Shown: positions 40,109-52,529 of the stretch, piece after piece | Position numbering within the stretch: position 1 is the stretch's first letter | Layout of the letters: each line of letters opens with the position of its first letter | Source of the DNA: an uncultured Phycisphaerales bacterium | GTDB lineage: Bacteria; Planctomycetota; Phycisphaerae; Tepidisphaerales; Tepidisphaeraceae | Direction of reading: 5' to 3' | Length of the DNA: 64,000 nt | Assembly (NCBI GenBank): GCA_963755915.1 | Contig: CAVWLP010000003.1 | Location: 608,001-672,000, forward strand | The notes under the pieces: generated by a model | Seen by the model: only the letters and a program-made list of their open reading frames with translations | What the model was told of the DNA's origin: nothing | Database searches by the model: none | Translations under genes and position numbers: made by a program

Positions 40109-40462
40109 ATGCCTGCTGCCGAGATGACTGCCGTTAAGATTCGCCGCGACTGGTCGAAGTCCGCCGTGCTGGGAGAACGCAGCGCCAAGGCGCGCACGTA
40201 TGCCGACCTGGTCGCCAGCCAGCTCGTCGACACGGTACTGCCCCTGAGCCAGCGGGAATCGCTGATCCGCCTGGCGGCTCGCCAGGGAATCAACCGGTTC
40301 GAGGCGAATCTGATTATTGCGGCGGTGCAGAATCAGCTTGAGGTCGGCCGCACGCGTCCAGCCCCCCCACCGCCGAAACGGGCGATGCGCATCGCCGCGG
40401 GAATCGCCATGTTCGTGGTCATCCAGGCGGGGATTGTTGCCGCCGCGTGGTATTGGCTCTGA
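40109..40462 (+). CDS. Hypothetical protein with C-terminal TM helix
   Basis: GGAGG SD; GINRFEANLIIAAVQ; C-terminal hydrophobic helix. Confidence 0.65.
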   Translation: MPAAEMTAVKIRRDWSKSAVLGERSAKARTYADLVASQLVDTVLPLSQRESLIRLAARQGINRFEANLIIAAVQNQLEVGRTRPAPPPPKRAMRIAAGIAMFVVIQAGIVAAAWYWL

Positions 40463-40516
40463 TCGCAATTTTCCGACCCCTCCCCGTCCAGCGCAGCGGC
40501 TATAATCACATTCCAA

Positions 40517-41020
40517 ATGGAATTGAAGGTTCTCAAGACCCCCGAGGCTGATGAGCCCTGGTTTGCCGAGGGTTTGCGTTTCACGTGCAGCCAGTGCGGA
40601 AATTGCTGCACGGGCGGGCCGGGGTTTGTCTGGATCAGTCGCAGCGAGATCGCGACACTGGCGGAATTTCTCGGGCTGACGCGGCTTCAAGTGATCCGGC
40701 GATATTGCCGCAAGGTGGGGAGACAGTTCGCGCTGAAAGAAATTAAAAATCCGCGCACCGGTGGCTTCGACTGCATCTTCATCAAGGAACTCCCCACCGT
40801 CGGCGATGCCCATGCTCGGCGAATCTGCTCGGTCTATGAATCCCGCCCGCTCCAGTGCCGGACGTGGCCGTTCTGGGAGGGAAACCTGATGACGCGTAAG
40901 GCTTGGCATCGCGCATCGCGGACTTGCCTGGGGATGAACAGCGGGCGGCTTTTCAACCGCGGTGAGATTGAAAAGCTGAGGGATGCGAAAGATTGGCCCA
41001 AGCGGCCGCCAACGTCGTAG
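40517..41020 (+). CDS. YkgJ family cysteine-cluster protein
   Basis: FTCSQCGNCC, DCIF, CSVYESRPLQCRTWPFW. Confidence 0.9.
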   Translation: MELKVLKTPEADEPWFAEGLRFTCSQCGNCCTGGPGFVWISRSEIATLAEFLGLTRLQVIRRYCRKVGRQFALKEIKNPRTGGFDCIFIKELPTVGDAHARRICSVYESRPLQCRTWPFWEGNLMTRKAWHRASRTCLGMNSGRLFNRGEIEKLRDAKDWPKRPPTS

Positions 41021-41057
41021 GGGGCTTACCCGGACATCTTCGCTACAATACCCGCTT

Positions 41058-41549
41058 ATGGACCAAAGCAGCAGAGAATCGCCTTTTTCCCTGCGGCGGT
41101 TGATGCAAGTTGCCGTCGTCATCTCGCTGATCTGCTGCATCTGGTCCGACGTTTATCGTGAGTATTTTGATCCGAAGACGTGGAACAATCGCAAAGGGTA
41201 TGCGCTGTGGGAATACTGGCTTGAAAAGTCGACCGCGCCGGGGCGGGCGATCTTTATTCATTTCGATTTTTCCGATCGCGGCAGGAACGCTGGGTTTGCG
41301 CAGACGATTTATTATCTGGGCGTTTATGATCTTTATCCCCAGCGCGCACTGGTGGCCGATCCGGCGGTTCTCATCAACGATGGCCACGATATCCTGCACA
41401 ACAATTCAAATCCGAATGACCCGTGGCTCCTGGACCACGGCGTCGGGTCGATCATGTCGGTCATCATGGACCCGCACAGGAATTTGCCGGTCGTGAACTC
41501 GGTGCGCTTCCTCGGCCAGCCTCGGACAACCGAATCGCATGGCGGTTGA
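41058..41549 (+). CDS. Hypothetical membrane protein
   Basis: TACAAT-N8-ATG; N-terminal TM helix; upstream of a GT-like gene. Confidence 0.6.
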   Translation: MDQSSRESPFSLRRLMQVAVVISLICCIWSDVYREYFDPKTWNNRKGYALWEYWLEKSTAPGRAIFIHFDFSDRGRNAGFAQTIYYLGVYDLYPQRALVADPAVLINDGHDILHNNSNPNDPWLLDHGVGSIMSVIMDPHRNLPVVNSVRFLGQPRTTESHGG

Positions 41550-41564
41550 GCAGATCAAACGAAT

Positions 41565-42937
41565 ATGTTGAGCGTACTTTATCTTTGCTGCCTGATCGTT
41601 GTGGGTTATTCGGTGGCGGCGGGATTGATGGCGCGGCGACGAAACTGGAGATTGCCGCCCTCAGCCTCTGCGTCGGTCCGGGGGTCATGGCAATGTGCCT
41701 CATATTCCTCTCGATGATGGGCCTGCGGCCGACGGCCGCGGAAATTCTTGAGATCACAGCAGGGTGGGGAATTTTGGGGATTTTCGTCTCGGTGCTGCGC
41801 CGCAAGGGCGAACCGATTGAACTTGCGCCGTCGACATATCCGCCGAAATTGTGGAGCATCGTCTGCCTGCTGGCGCTCGCATATGGCATTGCCGCGGTCG
41901 GATACGACGCGCTGAAGATTCCCGTCAGTGAGTGGGACGCGTTTGCCATCTGGCAGCTCAAGGCGGAAGTTTTGGCGATCCATCCGCTTTATCCGCGGCC
42001 CGGATATTTCTGGGATGTGAGCCTCAGCTACAGCCACTTGCGGTATCCGCTCCTGGTCCCGATGGCGTCTGCCGGCATGCACGCGATGACCGGAAGGCTC
42101 GACGATCTCGGCAAGGCAATCTCATTGCTTTGGTATCCGGGAATGTTCGCAGCCGTCTACGCCCTGGTGCGGAGGATCAACGGCGCAGCGGCCGCGCTCA
42201 CGGCGACGGCGCTGACCGCCTGTTTGATGCCGATGTGCAGATTCGCGGGATCGGGAACCGCCGAGGCGGCGCTGACGGCGTTTTACACGTGCGGCATCCT
42301 CACCATCGTGCGCTGGCGGCAGGCGCAGGCGTGGGGATACCTCATCCTGATGGCGGTCCTCAGCGCGCTCATGGCCTGGACGAAAAATGAGGGACTGGCG
42401 CTGGCGGCGATCAACGTGGTTGTGATCGCGGTGACGGGCCAAAATCGGCGGAAGTCGCTCGCCGCGGCGGCGCTGCTGGCCGCTATCGTGACTGCTGTCT
42501 ATCTGCCGTGGATTTTTTATACCTGGGGATTGCCCCGCACGGATGAAGACTATGCGGGAAGATTGCGGCTGCACCAATTCATTGCAAACGCCGGGAAAAT
42601 CTGGCCGGCCCTCATGGGCATTGGCGCGGAATTATTTGATATCACGCATTGGGGACTGCTCTGGGAAATCCTCGTCGTGCTGGCAGCGGTGCAGTGGAAG
42701 AAATTTAAGAATCCAGCAGTGGCGACGATCGGACTTCTGGTGGTGCTGCATCTGCTGGTCTACGTTCCGCCCATGGTCGTGTCGAATTGGAAGTTGGACG
42801 AATTGCTCTATACGACGTCAGAGCGGTTGATGTTGCACGTAGTGCCGGCTGCGGGGATTTTGATAGGGGTGCTGTGGCCGCGGCGGGAAGCAAATCTTAA
42901 TGGTTTGAATCAGCCAGGCGCTGCTGGACCTCTTTGA
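41565..42937 (+). CDS. Multi-TM GT-C fold glycosyltransferase-like protein (5' frameshift)
   Basis: EWDAFAIWQLKA, HLRYPLLVP, AWTKNEG, LPW; many TM helices. Confidence 0.7.
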
Positions 42938-44443
42938 GTAGCTGATCGATATCGCTGGGCCAGTGGTCGCGGGGAAGATTCTCAACCTGCTGGAAATAGT
43001 ATTCGGCCGCGGAGAAATCCTGCCGGCCCTCGGCATCGAGGCCGTTGCTGCGAAGCTGCATGGCCAGTTCGTCAAGGTCTCCGCCGGTGGATTGGCGAAG
43101 CTGCTGAACCGTCTGCTCAGCGGCCGCAGTGCTGGAGTTTGCCGGAGGCGCCGTGACAGCCGGAGGAGCGACTGCAACCACCGGTTGCGGAGCGGCGCAG
43201 GCTCGGGCGCGGGCTGTGGCGCTGGAGCGGTTACAACTGAAGCCGGCGCTGGCGTCGGAGCGACGGGCTTATCCGGGACCGGCGCAGTGCCGGAGATTGC
43301 GACTGAACCGGCGTGGGAACCTGCGCTAGACCCCACGGGAGCTGCCGATGCCACCGCCGAATCGTTCGCTGCCGGCTTCTGCGGCGTCGTGATCGGCGGA
43401 ACGTCGTCGGGGAGATTCACGTTCCAAGGCGCGGTGTGATCCGGCAGCGGCTTGGGAAGGGGCGAATCAGTCGTCGAAGTGTTGTCGGCCGGGGCGGGCG
43501 GCTGCGTGTCCTGCACCCAGGCGACGAATCGCTCGCGAAGCGATGGCACGAAATAAAACGTCGAAGCGGCGCCACCGGCGACAAGAAGCAGGATCGCCGC
43601 GGTGAGGATTCCATGCCCGCCGCGCCGTCGCGAACCGCCCACGCTGCTGTCCATCGTTGGGTCGTATTGGAGGCTGAAAGCAGCGGCAAGCTCGCGCGGC
43701 GTAAGAACGCCTTCCTGCGGACGCTGCCGTGGGCGAGACTGGAGCTCGGTAGGCGCGTTGTGCGGCGACGGAATCTGGGCCAGCTCGGCCATGGTTTCCG
43801 CGGCCGAGGGAATCTGCGACGGCGGACGCCCCTGACGATCAATTGGACGGTCGATTTCCGATTCAGCCGGATTCTGGCTGCGCGAAGAAGAGTCCGTTTC
43901 AGGGGGACGCGTGTCTCTCGGCTCGGCCGGTCGCTGGACCACTTCCCGATAGACGGGCTTGCTTGCCTGCGGCTCGGTTTCCAGCAAGACGTCTGGATTC
44001 GGCGGAAGTTCCTGCGAACGCGAGCAACGTGGGCAGAATGTGGAAGTTCGCTGAAGCTCGGCCCCGCACGAATAGCAGAGCCCGAATTCCCGGCTGATCC
44101 CCTTCACCCGGGCGGCGAAACGCCAGAGCTGAAATGTTGTCGGCCCGCGAATGACGGATCGTGGGGTCACCTGCCCTTTGCGAATCAGGGCCAGCAGCGT
44201 GTTGCACTTCATCCCCGGCGCCGATGGATTGCGCGACTGCATCACATACCACGGCCCGATGCGGGCTCGAGTGGCCTGGCGCGTCAGCGCAGAGTTTTCC
44301 ATCTTGCAGCGCGGGCACGCGGCATCATTCTTCTCCGCGATCGCGCCGCAGAACGGGCAGACGGACATAACCGCAGCCGATGGTTTGGACACCTCGGCGG
44401 TTCGCTCCGTCTCTTCGGGTATGGTGTCGAACGATCGTGTCAT
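42897..44443 (-). CDS. Zn-ribbon/TM/Pro-rich protein (frameshift near 43190)
   Basis: CPFCG..CPRC, IGPWYV, CYSCG..CPRC, TM helix; C-terminal helical part in ORF 42897..43181. Confidence 0.6.
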
Positions 44444-44650
44444 CGATGTGTCGCCAATCGCATTGGACCCGCTAACGCATGACCGCGCAGAATAATACCG
44501 CGCTGTCGCTGCTGGGTCTGAAGCGACCGATTGGTTGAAGTAAGGCTACCCAAGTTTGCCGCGCCCGTCCACTGTCGAAACCGGGAATGACAGGAAAAAA
44601 TTGGGCGGAGGTTATTCGCCAAACCATTCATTTGGCAGTCTTTGCGCGAA

Positions 44651-45190
44651 TTAACCCGGATTCAGTGCCACTTTGGGAAAATCGACCTCGGTTTGATTCA
44701 TATTATTGAAGTAATTCGTGAAGCAGTTGAGTACGACGTTGGCGACGACCTCTGCAATCTCCCCATCGTCCAGCCCGGCGGCATGGGCCGCGACAACGTC
44801 GGAATCTGAAACCGTCCCCCGGCTGGCGATGATCTGGCGAGCCAGGGCGATGGCCATGTTGGTTTTGCCATCGGATGATTTCCCCAGCCGGGCGTCGCGA
44901 ATGGCGGCATCGTCCAGCCCGGCGCTCTTCCCCATGACGTGGTGGGCGGCAAGGCAGTATGCGCTATTATTGCTCTGTGCGACCGTGATGGCGATCGCCT
45001 CGCGGATTTTGGCGTCAAGCTTCCCCTCGCGCAGGGCGCCGCTGAATTTGAGATACGCGTCGAGAACGACGGGGCTGTTGGCCATGCCGCGGAAGATGTT
45101 CAGGAGCATTTTCTTCGATTCGAGCTCTGCCATGAGCTGCTGCGATAGAGGACTGGCCTGCGATTTTTCAAGACACTTCAGACGCGGCAT
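44651..45190 (-). CDS. Carboxymuconolactone decarboxylase/AhpD family protein
   Basis: REAIAITVAQSNNSAYCLAAH; FTNYFN..TEVDFP; GGAGG SD. Confidence 0.9.
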   Translation of the reverse strand: MPRLKCLEKSQASPLSQQLMAELESKKMLLNIFRGMANSPVVLDAYLKFSGALREGKLDAKIREAIAITVAQSNNSAYCLAAHHVMGKSAGLDDAAIRDARLGKSSDGKTNMAIALARQIIASRGTVSDSDVVAAHAAGLDDGEIAEVVANVVLNCFTNYFNNMNQTEVDFPKVALNPG

Positions 45191-45258
45191 GGTTGGTTCC
45201 TCCGGTTAAGATTTCGCAAAGATTAACCGGCCAGTTTGAAAAGAGAAATGTGGGAAGT

Positions 45259-46073
45259 CTATCGCCGCATTTCGCGGAGGAGCTCGGCGTGGGCCGCCGG
45301 GCCGGCCAGCAAGTACGGCACCTTGGCGCCGCGATAGCCCGCCAGATTGAACGGGAAGATCGGCTTTCCCGCCGGGTCGGTGACGATCGCGCCGGCTTCA
45401 ATGGCAATCGCCGCCGATGCGGCAATGTCCCAGAGCTTGCCGTTCAGCGTAACCGCCCCGTGGGCGATGCCCGCGGCAACATTGACGGCCTCAATGGCCG
45501 CGGAGCCCAGCATGCGGATTTTCCAATTGGTCTGGTCCAGCCAGCGCCGGGCATAGGCGGGAGCTTTGCCGTCGGGTAGAAGCAGGTTGCTGGTGAGCAT
45601 GAGCATGGGACCGTCCCCCATGGGGGTTTTGAGCGCTTCCAGCCGGCGCGTTCCAAGCCAGGCGCCGTGCCCCTGCGCGGCAGCGTAAAGCTGATCGCGG
45701 GTAACGTCATAAACAACCCCGAGCACGGGATTGCCGCCGTCGAGCAGCCCAATGCAGACGGCGAAGATTCCGAGCCCGGAGATGAAATTGTTGGTCCCGT
45801 CGATCGGGTCGATCACCCAGTTTCGTCCCGAGGGATTGGAAACGTCGAAGGTGATCGCATCGCCGGTTTCGTTTTCCTCGCCGACGATTCCATCCGTGGG
45901 AAATTTCTTTCGCAGCGCCGAAACGATAAGCCGCTGGCTGGCGCGGTCGGCATCGGTGACGGCCTCGTTGTGCCGCTTAACAAGCCGATCGACTTTTCCG
46001 TAATTTTCCAGGACCAGCGCCCCGCGGCGCGGGCGAGTTCAGCGGTGAATTGCAGCTCTTCAGACAGGCTCAT
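45259..46073 (-). CDS. Inositol monophosphatase family protein (frameshifted)
   Basis: IDPIDGTNNF, RMLGSAA, LWDIAAS...EAGAIVTD; N-terminus MSLSEELQFTAELARAAG. Confidence 0.88.
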
Positions 46074-46854
46074 GAGCGCCGAGGTTAACGAGATGCTCGG
46101 CCGCGTCAAACCAGGCGACCCCAAAGCGATGCCGACCCAGCAGAAGAATCGTCCCCTGCGCGACCGGGGTCAGGGCGGGATCCTTGAGAGCCTCCTGGAG
46201 CCCGTTCGGCGTGCAGTGAACCGCCAAGACGGCGTCGTGCTCTTCGGGGAGGAGCATTTGTTCGATCTCGCCGCGCGTACGCTTTGATTTCACCCCGAAG
46301 ATCAATTCGGGCTGGCAGATGGCGACGTCTTCAACCACGCCGATACAGGCGATCTGGGCGATGTCGGAGTCGGTGAACCCCAGCTCCTCCGACAGTTCGC
46401 GCCGGACTTGCGCAAAAACATCCACCGGGTGCGACGGCTCCAGCGCCCCGGCAAATGGATGAACACGCGAGGGATAGTAGGCAACGCTGGCGTTTCTTCG
46501 GCCCATGAGCAGAAAGCCGTCGGTGCTTTCAAGAGCGCAGCTCATCCCCACGGCGTTGGACAGGGCCGCGGCGCCGAAACGCTCGGCCAGGCAGGCATTG
46601 TTGAGATTGGTGCCCCAGAAAATACGGTAGGACGTTGGGCTTAGATCAAGCTCAAGCTTTTCGTTTGCGACCACCTGCTCCAGCCGGCACATCGGGCCGT
46701 CGAAAAGCTTTTTGCCGGGCAATTGCTGGGCCTGGTCCCACGCCTGCTGGATAACTCGTTCGATGTCAGGGTGAATTGGCCGGCGGTTTTCGACCCAGCG
46801 GGCAACCACTTCCGATGGTTTCCAGTATCCCGTGGCCTGGACGCGCAACTTCAT
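46060..46854 (-). CDS. NUDIX hydrolase (NUDT22-like architecture)
   Basis: LFDGPMCRL, TSYRIFWGTN, RRELSEELG Nudix box. Confidence 0.75.
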   Translation of the reverse strand: MKLRVQATGYWKPSEVVARWVENRRPIHPDIERVIQQAWDQAQQLPGKKLFDGPMCRLEQVVANEKLELDLSPTSYRIFWGTNLNNACLAERFGAAALSNAVGMSCALESTDGFLLMGRRNASVAYYPSRVHPFAGALEPSHPVDVFAQVRRELSEELGFTDSDIAQIACIGVVEDVAICQPELIFGVKSKRTRGEIEQMLLPEEHDAVLAVHCTPNGLQEALKDPALTPVAQGTILLLGRHRFGVAWFDAAEHLVNLGAHEPV

Positions 46855-48893
46855 CCAATCACATTAACAGGCGGCAGCGTAAATGAGAACGTACTTCCTT
46901 TGTCCGGCTCACTGGAAATTTCCAGCTTGGCGCCCATGAGCTCGACGAGTCGCTTGGAAATGGGCAGCCCCATCCCAGTGCCGCCGGTTTTAGCGCGTTG
47001 GGGACTCTTTAGTTGAACGAACTCATCAAAGAGTCCGTTCATATTTTCAGCCGGGATGCCCACACCGGTATCGGTGACGTCAAAACGCAGGGAGCGGTTG
47101 TCCAGCAGATTGGCTTCGACGGAAACCTCCCCACGCTGGGTGAACTTGATGGCGTTGTCGATCAGAATTCCCAGCAGCCGCGAAAGGCGAATCTTGTCCA
47201 CCCGCAGGCGAAGCTTGGGGCTGGAGGTGGTGCAGGTGAACCGAAGATGTTTCTCGGCCGCGAAGGGCTGATATCGCCGCGCAACCTCATCGAGCCAGGG
47301 GCCAAGCTCGATCTCGACTTCGTTCAGATCGACCGCGCCCAGATCCAGGCGGGTGAGTTCGATCGAGTCGGTAACCAGCGAAACGAGGCTCGTGCTGGTG
47401 CGCTGAAGCTCCTGCGCAACCTCGGGGATCTCATCGGTTTGCGTTGGATCGTGCGCGGACTTCCCCAAAAGCTCGGCGAGAAGATTGATCGCATTTGCCG
47501 GCGTGCGAAGATCGTGGGCCAGCGCCGCAAGGAACCGCCCCTTGCGCGACGAAACGTCGCTGGCCTGCCGGCGGCGGCGCTCCAGCTCCTGCTGAAGCGA
47601 TCGGTTGGCGCTGATATCGACGAACGCGCTGATCGCCCCCGCGATGCGCCCGCCGCGGTCGCGGATCGGGGCGGCGTTGCAGAGCGTCGTCAGAACCATG
47701 CCGTCGGCCAGGCGGATGTCTAACTCCATGGCCGCGGTCACTTCCCCTCGGAGCGCGCGAAGCAACGGGTCGCGCCCGCGGGGGATTTCGCCTTTCGGAC
47801 CGATCAAGATCATCGGCGGCCACTGGCTGGCGTCGGCTTCGACGACCTCGGGGAATCCAAGCATCGCCGCCGCCGCGGGGTTGCAGACCAGCCGCGAGGC
47901 GGCCGCATCCGTGCGCAGAATTCCGAACGGAACGGCGTCGACAATCGTTTGCAACTCACCATGCTCGTCTTCAAGCTGCTCGACAAGCTTGGTGGCGGCC
48001 AGGCTGACCGAAGCCTGGGCTGCCAGCGATTCTACCACGGAAACATCGCTTTCGGTCCAGCCGCGGGGCTGCGGGCTGTAGATGACCAATGCGCCGACGG
48101 TGTTTGCCCCACTCTTGAGAGGCGCGCCCAACATGGCTTGAAACGCCTCCCCGTCGCGGACGCGCTCCGGCTTGATTTCGGGACGCTGCGAGACGCTCTC
48201 GATTCCCAGCGTCTTCTGCTCCGCGATAATTTGCCCGGCAAATAGCCCCGCCGGCGGTGCGCTGGTGGTTTCCGGTTCGCCCTTGCCGAAGCCTTCGCGG
48301 GCCGTCATTTCGATGGTTTGCCCGCGCGTTTCCCAGATCGCCGCGCTGACGGACGCCCCCAGCAGATGGTGAATGGTCTGCGCGATTGCCGCGAAGATGT
48401 CCTGGCGATTCTGCCCGACCGTCAAGGAACGGGAAAGCTTCAACAACACTTCCATCGTCTCCTGGCGCTCGACGAGGCCTTCGTTGCTCATGCGCAGTTC
48501 CTGCTCGCGGCGATGCAATTCCTCGCCGCGCAGGTTGTAGACGGCCTCGGTGTGGATGACGACGTTGACGATCGCGGCCACCACGATCATGTCCAGCATC
48601 AGGAGGGCAAATCCGCCGATGCGCTGATCCATCGGTGTTTCGCTGACGTGAAAATTCAGCACGAACTTGGTCGCCGCCATGAGGGCAAAAAGCCCCGCCA
48701 TGATCCAGACATAGCGCGGCCGGCGCGTCCAGCCGACCAGGACGATGGGCAACCCATATCCGATCCCCACGGAAGCGTGCGCGAACACATACAGCCGCAG
48801 CCACGCGACGATAATGAACAGCACCGCGCAGACAGCAACCGAGGCCCCGACCGAAGGCTGACGCCAGTTGGACCCGACAGGCCGATCGTTCAT
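46851..48893 (-). CDS. Membrane sensor histidine kinase (TM-GAF-PAS-HisKA-HATPase)
   Basis: LAHDLRTP, LIDNAIKFT, DTGVGI, GTGMGL boxes. Confidence 0.92.
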   Translation of the reverse strand: MNDRPVGSNWRQPSVGASVAVCAVLFIIVAWLRLYVFAHASVGIGYGLPIVLVGWTRRPRYVWIMAGLFALMAATKFVLNFHVSETPMDQRIGGFALLMLDMIVVAAIVNVVIHTEAVYNLRGEELHRREQELRMSNEGLVERQETMEVLLKLSRSLTVGQNRQDIFAAIAQTIHHLLGASVSAAIWETRGQTIEMTAREGFGKGEPETTSAPPAGLFAGQIIAEQKTLGIESVSQRPEIKPERVRDGEAFQAMLGAPLKSGANTVGALVIYSPQPRGWTESDVSVVESLAAQASVSLAATKLVEQLEDEHGELQTIVDAVPFGILRTDAAASRLVCNPAAAAMLGFPEVVEADASQWPPMILIGPKGEIPRGRDPLLRALRGEVTAAMELDIRLADGMVLTTLCNAAPIRDRGGRIAGAISAFVDISANRSLQQELERRRRQASDVSSRKGRFLAALAHDLRTPANAINLLAELLGKSAHDPTQTDEIPEVAQELQRTSTSLVSLVTDSIELTRLDLGAVDLNEVEIELGPWLDEVARRYQPFAAEKHLRFTCTTSSPKLRLRVDKIRLSRLLGILIDNAIKFTQRGEVSVEANLLDNRSLRFDVTDTGVGIPAENMNGLFDEFVQLKSPQRAKTGGTGMGLPISKRLVELMGAKLEISSEPDKGSTFSFTLPPVNVIG

Positions 48894-48962
48894 GCGTAGG
48901 ACTCGTTCTCGATCAAGACAAGTGCCGATGGAAATGCTCTGCGAACCGGAATCGAACCCGGT

Positions 48963-51900
48963 TCACGCATCAAAATACTTTGCCTGCGGGTGATGTACAA
49001 CCAGTGCATCCGTAGATTGCTCGGGCTGAAGCATGAAATTCTCGCTCAGTTGAACGCCTATCAGCTCGGCCTTCAACAATTCGACAATTTTAACACGGTC
49101 TTCGAGGTTTGGGCAGGCGGGGTAACCGAGGCTGTATCGGCTGCCGCGGTAGCCCTGGTGGAAAAGTTCTTCTATGCCGGCGGCATCTTCGCTCCCGAAA
49201 CCGAGCTCCTGCCGCATGTATTTGTGCCAGTATTCCGCCAGTGCCTCCGCCGACTCTACCCCGAAACCGTGCAGGAAAAGATAATCCTGGTACTTGTTCT
49301 CTTTGCGAAGCGCCTCGGCAGCCTCGGTGGCGTGATCGCCGATGGTGACAAGCTGGAGACCCAAAACGTCAAATTCACCCGAAGATTTTGGCCGGAAGAA
49401 ATCGGCGATGCAAAGCCGCCGCCGGCCGGTTTGGCGTGGGAACGAAAACCGCATCCGCTCGCGCGGTGAATTGCGCGGGCTTCGGCCGCCGGCCGCGAAA
49501 TCTTCGTGGTGATAAACGATCAGATCGTCCCCATCCGCCTGGACAGGAAAATATCCGTAAACGACTTTGGGCTGGATCAGCCGCTCGTCGAGGCTCCGCC
49601 GTTTCAGCGCTTCAAAAACCGGCTCGGCCTTCCCCGCGATGAGCTTGCGATATTCCTCCGGTGAAAGGCCCTTCTGCTTGAACCCCCATTGCCCGGTGAA
49701 GACCGCCGTCTTGTTGATGAACGGAAAAACGTTACGCGGAGAAATATTTTCCACCACCACGGGCCCCCAGAACGGCGGATTGGGAACCGGATTGTCGTGG
49801 GCCACGGCCGGCTCGGCCTTCTCGCCCGCGATGATGTGGCCGAATTTCTTCTCGCTCTCAGCCCGAAGCGCCTTGCGCCGCTGGGCGCGCTCGCGCTGCC
49901 GCGTCGCGGCATCGGCCACGGCGCCGGTCGAAATCTCATCCATCATGTGCAGGCCTTCAAACGCATCCTTGCAATAAAGAAGCGGCCCGCGATAAAGCTC
50001 GGCAAGCGTGTCCTCGGCATAATCGCGCGTGAGCGCCGCCCCGCCCAGCAGAACGGGAATCGTCACCCCAAGGGCGTTCAACTCTTCGAGATTTTCTTTC
50101 ATCACCGCCACCGATTTCACCAGCAGTCCACTCATACCGATCGCATGCGCCGATTTTTCCTTCGCCGCCTTCATGATCTCTCCAAGCGGCTGCTTGATCC
50201 CCAGGTTAAAGACGGTGTACCCATTGTTGGTCAGAATGATGTCGACAAGATTCTTCCCGATGTCATGAACGTCGCCCTTCACGGTGGCCAGAACGATCCG
50301 CCCTTTGCTCTGGCCGTCGATCTTCTCCATCATCGGTTCGAGATAGGCGACCGCCGCCTTCATCGTCTCCGCGCTCTGAAGCACAAACGGCAGCTGCATC
50401 TGCCCGCTGCCGAAGAGGTCCCCCACCACTTTCATCCCATCCAGGAGAATTTCATTGATGATCTGAAGCGGCGGATGTGTTTTAAGTGCTTCGTCCAGAT
50501 GCGACGTCAGCTCGCGCTTTTCCCCGTCGATGATGTGACGCTTGAGCTTTTCCTCTATCGGCAAATTGTCCGGAACTTTTTCCTTCGCCGTCTCCTCGCC
50601 ATCGGGAAAAAGCGAAATGAAATGGGTAAGAGGATCGAATCCCTCCCGTCGCCGGTCATAAATCAAATCCATCGCCGCGTTCCATTTGTCATCTTCAATC
50701 TTGTTGCGCGGAAGAATCTTGCTTGCATGTGCAATCGCCGCGGTGAGGCCCGCTTCGATCAGCTCATGCAGAAACGCGCTGTTAAGCACAACCCGCGCCT
50801 GCGGCTTAAGACCAAAGCTGACATTGCTCAGCCCCACGACCGTGTGACACTTGGGCAGTTCCCGGCTGATGCGCCGGGTGCCTTCGATCGTCTCCAGCGC
50901 ATTGCGCCGGTCTTCCTCAATGCCCGTGCTGATCGGCAAAACCAGCGGATCGAAAAGGATATCCTCATCCTTCAGCCCATATTTAACCGCCAGATCGCGA
51001 ATACGCGTGGCGATTGAAATCTTCCGATCCGCCGTGCGCGCCATCGCCGACTGCTTGTCCTCGTCGATGGTTCCCGCCACGACGGCCGCGCCGAATTTCT
51101 TCGCCAGGCGCAGATCTTCGCGATCCGCTCTTCCCCATCTTCCAGGTTCATCGAATTCAGCACGCATCGCCCGCCGGCCAGCTTCAGCCCGGCCTCCATC
51201 ACCTCGGCATTGGTGCTGTCGAGCATAAGAGGGCCGTGCAGCGAATTCACAAAACGCCCGGCAACTTCTGTCATATCCGCAACGCCATCGCGGCCCACAA
51301 AATCCACGCACACATCCAGCAGGTGCGAGCCATCGCGCAGTTCGTCTCGCCCCATGCCGACCAGGGCATCCCAGTTGTTCTCCTGGAGCAGCCGCTTGAA
51401 CTGCCGGCTGCCGTTGGTGTTCGTGCGCTCCGCGACGATTAGATAGCTCGTCTCCTGCCGAATATCGACGGCGCTGTAAAGGCTCGAAACCTGCGGCTTG
51501 CAAACCGGCGACCGCTTCTTCGCCGGCCGCAATCCCACGGCTTCGCACAGCAGCTTCAAATGCTCGACCGTCGTCCCACAGCACCCCCCAACAATATTGA
51601 CCCCAAACTCCTCCACGAACCGCATCACACCCTTGGTGAAATCCGGCGGCGACATCGGAAAGTGCGCCTTGTTATTCACATAAACCGGCAGCCCCGCATT
51701 CGGCAAAACGCTCACGAACCGCGGCCAGCTTTCGCAGATATATCGCACCGTCTCCGTCAGCTCGTACGGCCCAAAAGCGCAGTTCAATCCCAGCACGTCG
51801 ACTTCATCAAACGGCTGAATCGCCGCCACCAGCGCCGTCGGATCCGATCCGGTCAGCATCTGCCGCCCATTTTGCTGGTCCATCGACGCCTGCACCATGA

Positions 51901-52462
51901 TCGGCACCCGCCGGCCGACATCCGCGAACGCGCGATTCGCCGCCGCGATCGCGCATTTAATCGCCAGCAAATCCTGCTGCGTCTCGATCAGCAAAACATC
52001 CGCGCCCCCCTGGAGCAATCCCAGCATCTGCTCGAAGAAGCTGTGCTCCATCTGGTCCCAGTTGATCTGCCCGAGGGTGATGATCTTGGTGCCCGGCCCA
52101 ATCGACCCGATCACATAGCGCGGCCGGTCCGGCGTTTCAAACTTGTCGCACGCCCGCCGGGCTATCTGCGCCGAGAGCCGGTTGATCTCCACGGTCTGCT
52201 CAACCAACCCCGCCTCAGCAAGCACAATCCGGCTGCCGCCAAAAGAGTTGGTCTCAACCGCGTCGCATCCCACCGCGAGAAAGCTCTCGTGAATCTGCGA
52301 AATAATGTCCGGCCGGCTGAGATTCAGGATCTCACAGCAGTTCTCCTGTTGTCGCCAATCCTCGGCCAGGTCCAGCGGAAATGTCTGCAGGGTAGCCCCC
52401 ATCGCGCCGTCGAGGATGACGACGCGTTCGCGAGCCAAATCTAGAAATGGCTTTCGTGACAT
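48963..52462 (-). CDS. metH: Cobalamin-dependent methionine synthase (frameshift near 51110)
   Basis: LDGAMG, GLNC, GGCCGT, AERTNTNGS, KGDVHDIGKN, GSRYSLGYPACP, HHPQAKYF. Confidence 0.96.
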
Positions 52463-52499
52463 CACAAACTCCGCGATTCTTTGTTGGTCGCGATGCAAC

Positions 52500-52529
52500 C
52501 GTTTAGCCGCGACCCGCAGGGGAGCGATC
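52500..52529. repeat. Isolated REP-like palindrome (family C) upstream of metH
   Basis: CGTTTAGCCGCGACCCGCAGGGGAGCGAT imperfect hairpin; single copy in this window. Confidence 0.4.
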
